In this document: positions 33,678 through 42,703 of the stretch, one piece after another | Layout: each line of letters starts with the position of its first letter | Numbering within the stretch: position 1 is the stretch's first letter | NCBI GenBank assembly: GCA_045647135.1 | Contig: JAZRMA010000016.1 | Location: forward strand, 2,889 to 66,888 | DNA: 64,000 nucleotides | Origin: Ruminococcus sp. | Lineage (GTDB): Bacteria > Bacillota > Clostridia > Oscillospirales > Acutalibacteraceae | Direction: 5' to 3' | The notes under the pieces: generated by a model | The model's database searches: none | Told to the model about the DNA's origin: nothing | What the model saw: the letters and a program-made list of their open reading frames with translations, nothing else | Program-made: the position numbers and the translations under genes

Positions 33678-35462
33678 TTATTCTTTTTCGTCAGCAACAA
33701 TTGCAAGACCGAGTACGTCAAGGTTTTCCTTCTCAACAGGAGCAGGACACTGAGACATAAGCTCGGAAGCATTCTGTACCTTGGGGAATGCGGTAACATC
33801 ACGAAGAGAATCTGCACCGCAGAGAATCATTGTAATACGGTCAAGACCGATACCCATACCGCCGTGAGGAGGTGCACCGTATCTGTAAGCATCTACAAGG
33901 AAGCCGAACTTGAGAGCAATCTCTTCGTCGGTCATCTTGAGTGCACGGAACATCTTCTGCTGAAGCTCGGGGTTGGAAATACGGATAGAGCCTGAAGAAA
34001 GTTCAACGCCGTTGAGGGTAAGGTCGTAAGCTTTTGCGATAACCTTTGAGGGATCTGTGTCGAGGTACTCAAGACACTCTTCCTTAGGCATTGTGAAGGG
34101 ATGGTGCATAGCAACCCATTCGCCTGACTCCTCGTCTTTCTCGAAGAAGGGGAAGTCTACAATCCAAAGGAACTTGTACTCGTCGGGGATAATATCAAGA
34201 CGCTTTGCAATAATACCGCGGAGAGCACCAAGGGTAGAGAGTACGACAGAGTCTTTGTCTGCAACGAAGAGAACAACATCGCCTTTTTCGGCACCAACAC
34301 GATTAAGAATTGCCTCAAGCTCGCCCTCTGCCATAAATTTTGCAAAGGAGCAGTTGGGAGTATCCTCAACCCATCTTACAAAGGCAAGACCCTTTGCACC
34401 GATACCGCGAACATATTCTGTGAGCTTGTCGATTTCTTTTCTGGTATAGGTAGAAGCTGCGTTTTTTGCAACTATTGCACGAACAGAGCCACCTGCTTCG
34501 ATTGCACCTGTGAATACACCGAAACCGCAATCTTTTACCATATCGGAGATGTTCTGAATTTCCATACCGAAGCGGATATCGGGTTTGTCGGAGCCGAAAC
34601 GCTCCATAGCATCCTTGTAGCTCATTCTCTCAAAGGGAGTTTGAAGCTCTTTGCCGAGAACATCTTTGAAAATACGCTTCATAAGGCCTTCGTTAATCTC
34701 GAGAATATCCTCAACATCAACGAAGGAAAGCTCCATATCGATCTGTGTGAATTCAGGCTGACGGTCAGCACGGAGGTCTTCATCACGGAAGCAACGAGCG
34801 AGCTGAATGTAACGGTCAAATCCCGAAAGCATAAGAAGCTGCTTGTAAATCTGGGGTGACTGGGGAAGAGCATAGAAACAGCCCTTGTGGATTCTTGAAG
34901 GAACAAGATAGTCACGAGCGCCTTCGGGAGTAGACTTCATCATCATAGGTGTTTCAACCTCGATAAATCCATTCTCGTAGAAATAGTCACGAGCAGACTT
35001 GCAGATTTCATTTCTCATCATAAGATTCTTCTGCAGGGGTCTGCGACGAAGGTCAAGATATCTGTAACGAAGACGAAGTTCTTCGTTTGTGTTAAGGTCA
35101 TCGATAATCTCAAAGGGGGTTGTTTCTGCCTTTGAAAGAAGACGAAGGTCACAAACATCAATTTCAATGTTGCCTGTGGGGATATCAGGGTTCTTTGAAC
35201 TTCTTTCGCGAACTGTACCCTTTGCACATACTACATACTCACTGCGGAGTGTCTGTGCTTTCTCAAAAATTTCTTTGTCAGTTTTATCGTCAAAAGCAAG
35301 CTGAACAATACCTGTGCGGTCACGAAGATCAACGAAAACAAGCTGGCCCAGGTCACGCTGTTTCTGAACCCAACCGCAAACGGTTACTTCCTCGCCGATG
35401 TTTGTGTCTCTCAGATCGCCACAATATATGGATCTTTTAAGACCTGTCATAAATTCTGCCAT
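33678..35462 (-). CDS. aspS: Aspartate--tRNA ligase
   Basis: RLRYRYLDLR, ALPQSPQ, FRDEDLRADRQPEFTQ, PPHGG. Confidence 0.98.
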   Translation of the reverse strand: MAEFMTGLKRSIYCGDLRDTNIGEEVTVCGWVQKQRDLGQLVFVDLRDRTGIVQLAFDDKTDKEIFEKAQTLRSEYVVCAKGTVRERSSKNPDIPTGNIEIDVCDLRLLSKAETTPFEIIDDLNTNEELRLRYRYLDLRRRPLQKNLMMRNEICKSARDYFYENGFIEVETPMMMKSTPEGARDYLVPSRIHKGCFYALPQSPQIYKQLLMLSGFDRYIQLARCFRDEDLRADRQPEFTQIDMELSFVDVEDILEINEGLMKRIFKDVLGKELQTPFERMSYKDAMERFGSDKPDIRFGMEIQNISDMVKDCGFGVFTGAIEAGGSVRAIVAKNAASTYTRKEIDKLTEYVRGIGAKGLAFVRWVEDTPNCSFAKFMAEGELEAILNRVGAEKGDVVLFVADKDSVVLSTLGALRGIIAKRLDIIPDEYKFLWIVDFPFFEKDEESGEWVAMHHPFTMPKEECLEYLDTDPSKVIAKAYDLTLNGVELSSGSIRISNPELQQKMFRALKMTDEEIALKFGFLVDAYRYGAPPHGGMGIGLDRITMILCGADSLRDVTAFPKVQNASELMSQCPAPVEKENLDVLGLAIVADEKE

Positions 35463-35479
35463 TGTTTATACCTCCCGAA

Positions 35480-36781
35480 TTATTCTGCAAAGCTTACAGC
35501 GTCTGAAAGATCTGCTGCAAGCAGGTTTTCAATAAATATATTTGGGTCGTTGATTAAGACCTCTGTCTGACTTCCGCTTTCCATATTTTTAAGGATTGCT
35601 TTGCCTTCTTCAATTTCGTTATCACCAAGAACCATGGAATACTTTGCACCGATTTTGTTTGCGTATTTCATCTGTGCCTTGAGTCCTCTGCCTACGATGT
35701 CGAACTGTGCGCCGAGACCTGTCTCGCGGACGGTTCTTACAAGCTCAAAGGCTTTGAGCTGAGCTTTGTCGCCAAGGGCCGCAACGTAAAGCATATCGGT
35801 TTCGGGTGCAGGGATTTCGATGCCTTCTGCATCCATTACCATCAGGAGTCGCTCAAGACCGATAGCAAAGCCTAAGGAAGCAAGAGGCTGTCCGCCCAAT
35901 TCCTCCATAAGTCCGTTGTATCTGCCGCCACCGCAAACTGTGGACTGGGCACCGATATTGTCGGAGATGAACTCGAAAACTGTATTTGTATAGTAGTCAA
36001 GGCCGCGAACGATAGAGGAGTTAACTGTAAAGTTTACATCTGCAGCCTTAAGGTACTGCTGAACCTTCTTGAAGTGATTGTCACATTCCTCGCAGAGAAA
36101 ATCTGTAATCTTGGGAGCATTCTGAGCGATTTCCTTGCAAACAGGACTCTTGCAGTCGAGGATTCTCATAGGATTTTTCTCAAGTCTTGAAAGACAAGTA
36201 CCGCAAAGTGTATCTGTGTACTGAGAGAAGTATTCTTTGAGAGCCTTGTGGTAGTTCTTTCTGCACTCGGGACAGCCGATGGAGTTTATTTCAAGGTGAA
36301 TGTTAAAAAGACCGAGTCTGTCAAAGATTGATTTTGCGGCACAGATAAGCTCTGCGTCGGCAATGGGGTCGGATGCTCCGTAAACCTCCATACCGAACTG
36401 GTGGAATTCACGCTGACGACCTGCCTGAGGCTTTTCGTAGCGATAGCAGGTTGTAAAGTAATGAGCCTTTATGGGCAGACCATCGTTGTAGAGGCCGTGC
36501 TCAAGCAAAGCTCTTGCGGCACCTGCGGTACCCTCGGGACGAAGAGTCAGGGATTCACCGCCTTTGGTTTCGAAGGTGTACATTTCTTTCTGAACAACAT
36601 CTGTACCTTCACCCACACCGCGCTGGAAGAGCTTTGTCTGTTCAAAAACAGGGGTGCGGATTTCCGAGAAACCGTAAACTCTTGCTTCGTCAGAGAGAAT
36701 CTTCTCTACAAACTGCCATTTATAACTGTCACGAGGAAGAATGTCCTCTGTGCCCTTGATTTTTTTTGCGATAAGTGCCAT
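35480..36781 (-). CDS. hisS: Histidine--tRNA ligase
   Basis: LRPEGTA, RYEKPQAGR, RGLDYY, GGGRY. Confidence 0.98.
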   Translation of the reverse strand: MALIAKKIKGTEDILPRDSYKWQFVEKILSDEARVYGFSEIRTPVFEQTKLFQRGVGEGTDVVQKEMYTFETKGGESLTLRPEGTAGAARALLEHGLYNDGLPIKAHYFTTCYRYEKPQAGRQREFHQFGMEVYGASDPIADAELICAAKSIFDRLGLFNIHLEINSIGCPECRKNYHKALKEYFSQYTDTLCGTCLSRLEKNPMRILDCKSPVCKEIAQNAPKITDFLCEECDNHFKKVQQYLKAADVNFTVNSSIVRGLDYYTNTVFEFISDNIGAQSTVCGGGRYNGLMEELGGQPLASLGFAIGLERLLMVMDAEGIEIPAPETDMLYVAALGDKAQLKAFELVRTVRETGLGAQFDIVGRGLKAQMKYANKIGAKYSMVLGDNEIEEGKAILKNMESGSQTEVLINDPNIFIENLLAADLSDAVSFAE

Positions 36782-36910
36782 TTGGCATCATCCTTTCCGG
36801 AGTTTTAAAATAATGATATTTATACATTATATATAGTATCACAGAAGTTACGAGTTTTCAATAAAAAAATATCCGACCCTGAAAGAGTCGGATATAAAAG
36901 TATAGGTGGG

Positions 36911-37438
36911 TTATTTTTTTATTTTGATGCGTTTAAAGATAAGGCAAAGAAGAGTACCGCCCACAATACCTGCGATTCCCTGAAATACATTAGGAAGAAC
37001 AGATGGAAGAGCACCTGCGGCACCGTAGCCCAAGAGGTATGCTTCGAATACAAAGTAGCCTCCAACCATTACTGTTTCGGCACAAACGGCGGCAAAGACT
37101 ATGAAGATAATGGAAAGACCTTTGCTTTTGTCCGCAAGATTTTTTACTGCATAAAGCACAAGACCTGCAAAGAGAGCCATCAGGGCTTTAATTACCAAAG
37201 TACCCGGTGCATACTGGGCATAACCCATAAGAATGTCTGCAAGCATAGAGCCGATACCTGCTGCCAGAGCTGCATACAGAGGAGAGAGCAGGAATGCCGC
37301 AAGAATAATTACCACATCACCCAGATTAACATAACCGCCTGTGGGTGTTATTGCGAGTTTTATAAATGTTGCAACACAGCACAAGGCTGCCAGAAGAGAG
37401 GCGGTGACTAAATTTATAAGATGAGATTGTTTTTTCAT
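36911..37438 (-). CDS. ECF transporter S component, probably for vitamin B6 (inferred from the neighbouring regulator)
   Basis: PTGGYVNLGD, GIGSMLAD, PGTLVIKA; about 6 TMs; divergent from a MocR/PdxR gene. Confidence 0.8.
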   Translation of the reverse strand: MKKQSHLINLVTASLLAALCCVATFIKLAITPTGGYVNLGDVVIILAAFLLSPLYAALAAGIGSMLADILMGYAQYAPGTLVIKALMALFAGLVLYAVKNLADKSKGLSIIFIVFAAVCAETVMVGGYFVFEAYLLGYGAAGALPSVLPNVFQGIAGIVGGTLLCLIFKRIKIKK

Positions 37439-37470
37439 ATTGTAAATCCTCCTTTATGTCCGAGCATTAT

Positions 37471-37514
37471 TATACAGCAAACTGAACATATTGAAATATT
37501 CAGTTTGTTATAAT
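37471..37514. promoter_or_regulatory. Inverted-repeat operator between the ECF-S and MocR genes
   Basis: TATACAGCAAACTGAA-12 bp-TTCAGTTTGTTATATA (16-bp arms, 2 mismatches). Confidence 0.65.
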
Positions 37515-37547
37515 ATAATAATACCAGATTTACTTTGGAGGAAAAAT

Positions 37548-38948
37548 ATGCTAACTTATATTTTGGATAAGTCTACAAAGAGAACTCTTACAAAACAGCT
37601 TTACGAGAGGATAAAAAGGGATATACTTACGGGAAAACTTCTGTCAGGAGAAAAACTTCCGTCAAAACGTGTGCTGTCTGAGCATCTAAAAATAAGTGTG
37701 ATTACAGTAGAAAATGCTTATGAGCAACTTTTGGCGGAAGGCTATATTTTTTCAAGAGAGCGCAGCGGATATTATGTCAGTCAGATAGACACAATGTGGG
37801 TTGCAGAGAGCAACACAACTCACCATATCGGACAGCCTTCTGCAGAAAAAGCAGAAGATGACTTGATTATGGATTTTAAGACAAACAGAATATGTGATTC
37901 GGGATTTCCTTGCACGGTTATGTCAAAAATAATGAGGCAGGTGCTTGCAGAAAAAAGAGGACTGCTGGAACCCTTAGAGTTTTGCGGGGTTAAAGAACTA
38001 AGAGAAGCAATATCAGGGTACCTGTACAGATTCAGGGAAATATCAGTAAGTCCCGATCAGATAATCGTGGGTGCAGGTACGGAATACTTGTATCATCTTA
38101 TTATTCAGCTTCTGGGCAGAGATAAGTGCTATGCTCTGGAAACACCGGGGTATAACAAAATTGCAAGAATTTATGAGTGTAACAACGTATCTTACAAATA
38201 TGTACCGGTAGATAAGGAAGGTTTTTCTGCAGAACATCTTAAAAAGACGGATGCACAGATAATACATATTTCTCCGACACATCATTTTCCGACGGGTGTT
38301 GCTATGCCGATCAGGCGCAGACAGGAGCTGTTGCACTGGGCAGGAGAATCGGAAGACCGATATATTATAGAAGATGATTATGACAGTGAGTTCAGGTTTT
38401 CGGGTCATCCCATTGCTCCTTTGATTAGTCTGGATGCAAAGAAGGTAATTTATATTAATACTTTTTCAAAAAGTATTACCCCTGCGGTACGAATAAGTTA
38501 TATGATATTGCCCGAGGAGCTTATGGAGAAATACAAAAAAAGTATGAGTTTCTATTCTTGTTCTGTTTCGGGAATTGATCAGTATTTGTTGGCAAGGTTT
38601 ATTAGTGAAGGATATTTTGAACGGCATATAAATCGGATGAAGACTCAATACAGAGCAAAGCGGGATGCGTTGATAAAGGCGTTGAAAGAGAGCAGCTTTT
38701 CCTCAGAGATTGAAATATCCGAAGAGGATGCAGGGTTACATTTTTTGATGAAAATAAAAACAGATATGTGTGACGATGAATTTTGCCGCAGGGCATATCA
38801 GAGGGGAATAAGAGTGGCTTTTTTATCTGAATATATGCAGGGGTTCGGCGAAGATGAGCAACATACTTTGGTTATAAATTATTCGGGGTTAGAGGAAGAG
38901 AATCTTCAAAAAGCCATAAAAGCTTTAGCTCGGGTGTTAGAACAATAA
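37548..38948 (+). CDS. MocR/GabR-family (PdxR-like) PLP-dependent regulator
   Basis: GntR wHTH (GEKLPSKR...TVENAYEQLLAEGY) plus aminotransferase domain (IEDDYDSEF, TFSKS); start after GGAGG. Confidence 0.92.
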   Translation: MLTYILDKSTKRTLTKQLYERIKRDILTGKLLSGEKLPSKRVLSEHLKISVITVENAYEQLLAEGYIFSRERSGYYVSQIDTMWVAESNTTHHIGQPSAEKAEDDLIMDFKTNRICDSGFPCTVMSKIMRQVLAEKRGLLEPLEFCGVKELREAISGYLYRFREISVSPDQIIVGAGTEYLYHLIIQLLGRDKCYALETPGYNKIARIYECNNVSYKYVPVDKEGFSAEHLKKTDAQIIHISPTHHFPTGVAMPIRRRQELLHWAGESEDRYIIEDDYDSEFRFSGHPIAPLISLDAKKVIYINTFSKSITPAVRISYMILPEELMEKYKKSMSFYSCSVSGIDQYLLARFISEGYFERHINRMKTQYRAKRDALIKALKESSFSSEIEISEEDAGLHFLMKIKTDMCDDEFCRRAYQRGIRVAFLSEYMQGFGEDEQHTLVINYSGLEEENLQKAIKALARVLEQ

Positions 38949-38950
38949 AG

Positions 38951-38985
38951 AAAAAAGGCAGTACACATCGTACTGCCTTTTTTTT
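38951..38985. terminator. Bidirectional terminator
   Basis: AAAAAAGGCAGTAC-loop-GTACTGCCTTTTTT. Confidence 0.85.
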
Positions 38986-38989
38986 ATAA

Positions 38990-39880
38990 TTAAACATCGT
39001 AGGTTTTGTCAAGCTTTTTAAGCTCGTTGTATGTATCGATTTCGATGATATCGTCGAAGGAGCACTCTCTTACATAAATTTTGTATTCGTCCTTAAAATA
39101 TTCCAGTGCTACCTGGTCCCAATATCTTTCTTTACCGCCGGGAGACTGGAATACCTGCTTGATGTGTCCAACAAGACGGGATCCGTCTGCTTCGTCCCAG
39201 TAAGAAATACCGAACATATGGTGGCAGTTTGTGCCGCCTACAAGGAGTTTCTTGATAACACCGCTGTCGTTGGTTTCGAAGCACCAGTCGTCAGTTTTAT
39301 CAACAGGTACACCGAGGTAGTTGGAGTGATACTGATATTTTGTGATGAGCTTGGGGTTGTAGAGCACAAGGTCGCCCTCAAGCACATAAGCATTCTTTAA
39401 GAGGTAACTTGCACAAACAGCGGAAGAAATGTTGTTTGCTTCGTTATACTGGGGATTTTCGATGAACTTGATCATAGGATAATCATAAAGAAGCTGGTCG
39501 AACTGTTCTGCAAGATATCCTCTTACAATGTATATTTCGTTGATACCTGCAGCAACAACAGCATCAAGAAGGGTTGTGATGATACGCTTGCCGTTAACTC
39601 TTATGAGGGGCTTGGGTGTGTTGAGGGTAACGGGTACCATTCTTGAACCAAAGCCTGCTGCAATAAAGATGGCTCTCTTTACTCTGTAAGGTTCAAGAGC
39701 ATCAAGACCTGCGGCGGTAATTACACCGTCCTCAAGATAACCCATAGCGGTAAGCTCGGAAAGACACTTGTTTACTGTGCCGACAGACATTTTTGTTTCT
39801 GTTGCGATTGTTCGCTGGGGAATGGACTTGTGCTTATCGGAAAGAAACACAAGTACATCAAATTGTTTTTTGGAAATCAT
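38990..39880 (-). CDS. Winged-HTH fused to LicC-like cytidylyltransferase (CTP:phosphocholine or phosphonate type)
   Basis: N-terminal QRTIATETKMSVGTVNK HTH; AAGFGSRM...PKPL, NNISS, EGD, YWD and EIDT motifs. Confidence 0.85.
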   Translation of the reverse strand: MISKKQFDVLVFLSDKHKSIPQRTIATETKMSVGTVNKCLSELTAMGYLEDGVITAAGLDALEPYRVKRAIFIAAGFGSRMVPVTLNTPKPLIRVNGKRIITTLLDAVVAAGINEIYIVRGYLAEQFDQLLYDYPMIKFIENPQYNEANNISSAVCASYLLKNAYVLEGDLVLYNPKLITKYQYHSNYLGVPVDKTDDWCFETNDSGVIKKLLVGGTNCHHMFGISYWDEADGSRLVGHIKQVFQSPGGKERYWDQVALEYFKDEYKIYVRECSFDDIIEIDTYNELKKLDKTYDV

Positions 39881-39964
39881 AATAACACCGTTTCCTTATT
39901 TATATTTAGTGAGTATTTTTGAACATTCGAAAGTGAAAAACAAAGGTTTTTTTGAGCAAATAAA

Positions 39965-39992
39965 CCCTCTGCAGCAAATTTTTTGCAGAGGG
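39965..39992 (-). terminator. Hairpin downstream of the small TM-protein gene
   Basis: CCCTCTGCA-loop-TGCAGAGGG, followed by TTTATTT on the minus strand. Confidence 0.7.
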
Positions 39993-40025
39993 CATATTTT
40001 ATTTGATTTTTGAACAAAGGGAGAT

Positions 40026-40268
40026 TTAGTTTTCCTTTTTGTTTGTTTCTGCTGTCATAACGTCAGCGGTTTCACCAAAACCGCCTGTGAGCTCGCCTTC
40101 AACCTCTTTGTTGCGGTTTTCGTCGATACCCAGCTTTTCGCTTACCTTGTGCTTAACGCGACGAAGATAAACAGCGATAACAGCACCGATTGTAACAGCA
40201 GCACCTGCAACAGCAGCAAATACCATTGACATAGTAGCGGCATCGATATATGCATTAAAATTAATCAT
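40026..40268 (-). CDS. Small single-pass membrane protein (80 aa) with N-terminal AYID motif
   Basis: GGAGG RBS, own promoter and terminator; one hydrophobic helix followed by RRVKHK. Confidence 0.85.
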   Translation of the reverse strand: MINFNAYIDAATMSMVFAAVAGAAVTIGAVIAVYLRRVKHKVSEKLGIDENRNKEVEGELTGGFGETADVMTAETNKKEN

Positions 40269-40308
40269 TATAAATTCCTCCGGATTTTAAACTTAAATGA
40301 ACACCAAC

Positions 40309-40337
40309 ATTATAATTTAGTGTGCACAAAAAGTCAA
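40309..40337 (-). promoter_or_regulatory. SigA promoter of the 80-aa gene
   Basis: TTGACT-17 bp-TATAAT. Confidence 0.75.
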
Positions 40338-40360
40338 TTATAATCGAATAAATTGCGGTT

Positions 40361-42466
40361 TTATTTTGAGTTTTTCTGATTTTGTTTCTCGAGAATACGG
40401 TTGTAAATATATTTTGCACCGGCAAGACCGCTTTCGCCAACATTGTAGATGTTGCGGTTAAGAGCCTCGGTAATCTGTTTTTCGTACTTTTCGGGATTAC
40501 TGAGAAGAGTTGCAACTACATCGGGCACGGTAGCAAGATTTTCTTTGTCCAGAGAGATACCAACCTGATCTTTCCAGGAAATTTCTGTGGGAACAAGAGG
40601 AATCTTTTTGTAGTTGGGGTTGAGCACCTTCATGGGTGTGTTTATGAACATAGAAGGTTTCTTGGTAGCGTAAGAGAATTCGTAAGCGATACCTGACCAG
40701 TCGGTAATGAGAAGGTCGGATTCCCAGATTGTGCGGTTGGAGGAGAAGTCCATTTCGATAACAAAATCGTCGCCGTCACAGCCTTCGTATTTCTTAACGA
40801 TAGCATCCATCTTTGCGGGGAAGCGCTTGATGTATTCGGGATGGGGACGAAGGATAACCTTGTTGCCTTTGTGGAGAAGTCCCTCCATAAGCTCGTCAAG
40901 GCAGTACTCGAGAATGTTATCTTCCTGCCAGGAGGGAGCAAGAAGAATCTGCTTTTTGTCCTTCTTTACCTGCTCCATCTTATCGTACATCTTGCAGAGG
41001 TTATCAATAAGACCGAATCCTACAGGCACAAGAGTTTTCTCGGGGAGGTTGTAGAGCTTCTCGGTAGCGCGGATTTCGTCTATATGATGAGGACCTACAC
41101 AGAAGATTGTGTCAAAGTGGTCATAAGCGCCCTCGCGTACACACATGGTGGTACTTGTGGGGCCGTGGAAAGTGTAGATATACTCAACATCTTTTCTTAC
41201 ATAAGAGCGTTTGATGTAGTATTTTTCAAGGTCGGGAGTTGTCATAAGAACTATATCTGCATCTATCTTCATCATAAAGGTGATGATTTTCTTGGGTCCG
41301 ATATAGTAGGCACGAATGCGGTTGTTTTCCTCTGCTTTTTTGAAGATCGCATCGTTCGGATCGTTTGTTACATAGTGAATGGTGAGAGCTGTGTTTTTGA
41401 GGAGCTCATTGATAATATTCTCAAAGTATTTGTAGAAACCGCTCTTCTCTGAGTAAATAACAAGCTTTTTATTAACAATCGAGAAGAAGCGTTTGTAGTC
41501 TGCTTTTTCTCTCTTGGAGTTTTCGTCCTTTTTAAAGAATCCGTTTTTGCTCTTTGTATCCAGAGCCTCAATTGCGGCAAGCTCTTTGCGGCTTGCTTCC
41601 AGCTCTTCGTAGTCAACATACTTTTTGGGAGGTATAATTGTATTGAGGAGCAGAAGCTGAAGGATAGCAAAGAGATTACTTGCAACCCAATAGAGTGCAA
41701 TACCTGCAGGAACAAAGAAGCCGAGGTAAAGAGAAAGACCAACAGAGAACACCATTGTGCCGTATTTATTACCCTTGCTCTGTTCTGCCTGAAGAACATT
41801 GATTTTGTTCTGAATAAAGCAGAGAAGCCAGGAGGAAAAACCTGCAATTACGGGAGAGAGTACATAAATAAGCTCGTCACCCATTACCTGAGAGGGTGTA
41901 GCAGAAAGGTCAAGGCCCAAAAACTGAAGGTCGAAATCCTTTGCGTTCTCAATAGCGGTTTTGCCGTCATTGCTTTTTGCAATATCTGCAAAACTTTCGG
42001 GGTTGCTCTTTATTGCGTGCATAGAGTCAATCTCCACAGAGTTCGACTGAAGGTCTGCCTGTGCAGTTATGTTGATTTCGTTTCTGACAGGTTCGGGAGT
42101 TTTGAAAATATAGGTAAAGGGATGATAGATAACAGCCACAACACCTAAGAGAAGTATAATCTGAATAACAAGAGGAATCAGACTTGCAAAAGGATTGTAC
42201 TTTTGCTTTTTGAACATAGCATTCTGTTCTTCGCCGATTCTTTCTTTATCGCCGTAGAATTTTGCTTTGAGTCTGTTGATAGCAGGCTGGATTTTAACGA
42301 TTTTGATTGCGTTTTTGTGCACCCAGATGCCAACAGGCAGAAGAATTACCTTTGTGATAAGAGTAAAAAAGATAATTGCAAGGCCATAGTTGGAAACCAG
42401 AGAGTGACAAAATTCCATAACATATCCAAGCGGAATAGCGAGCCAGGACGTAATGGTATCAAACAT
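40361..42466 (-). CDS. Fusion protein: YidC/Oxa1 insertase domain plus TagB/TagF-like CDP-alcohol phosphotransferase domain
   Basis: N-half: NYGLAIIFFTLITKVILLP, NPFASLIP, FLGLDLS, VPAGIALYWVASN. C-half: TFHG, ILLAPSW, LRPHP, SDLLITDWSGIAYEF. Confidence 0.88.
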   Translation of the reverse strand: MFDTITSWLAIPLGYVMEFCHSLVSNYGLAIIFFTLITKVILLPVGIWVHKNAIKIVKIQPAINRLKAKFYGDKERIGEEQNAMFKKQKYNPFASLIPLVIQIILLLGVVAVIYHPFTYIFKTPEPVRNEINITAQADLQSNSVEIDSMHAIKSNPESFADIAKSNDGKTAIENAKDFDLQFLGLDLSATPSQVMGDELIYVLSPVIAGFSSWLLCFIQNKINVLQAEQSKGNKYGTMVFSVGLSLYLGFFVPAGIALYWVASNLFAILQLLLLNTIIPPKKYVDYEELEASRKELAAIEALDTKSKNGFFKKDENSKREKADYKRFFSIVNKKLVIYSEKSGFYKYFENIINELLKNTALTIHYVTNDPNDAIFKKAEENNRIRAYYIGPKKIITFMMKIDADIVLMTTPDLEKYYIKRSYVRKDVEYIYTFHGPTSTTMCVREGAYDHFDTIFCVGPHHIDEIRATEKLYNLPEKTLVPVGFGLIDNLCKMYDKMEQVKKDKKQILLAPSWQEDNILEYCLDELMEGLLHKGNKVILRPHPEYIKRFPAKMDAIVKKYEGCDGDDFVIEMDFSSNRTIWESDLLITDWSGIAYEFSYATKKPSMFINTPMKVLNPNYKKIPLVPTEISWKDQVGISLDKENLATVPDVVATLLSNPEKYEKQITEALNRNIYNVGESGLAGAKYIYNRILEKQNQKNSK

Positions 42467-42518
42467 ATATCATACCTCCGTTTTGTAAGGGACAAAAGCC
42501 CATAAGTATACATCATAT

Positions 42519-42547
42519 ATTATAACCCAAGAGAGGTACGGTGTCAA
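42519..42547 (-). promoter_or_regulatory. Consensus SigA promoter of the YidC-fusion gene
   Basis: TTGACA-17 bp-TATAAT. Confidence 0.8.
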
Positions 42548-42703
42548 TTGTAGACGAACACAGCAAAAGAGCGGAGATGTCCGAAGGGAATGGTAATTTT
42601 GACAATACACCCGAAAAAATTGTAATAATTGTGTTGTTGAAAACCAGGGTCGGATATGATATATAAAGTATATAAAATGAATTTATAAACAGGAGATATA
42701 TAT

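Noticed and set aside
36782-36910. T-box leader for hisS-aspS
   Set aside because: The spacer is only ~130 bp, holds the ECF-S terminator and promoter-like sequence, and has no T-box motif
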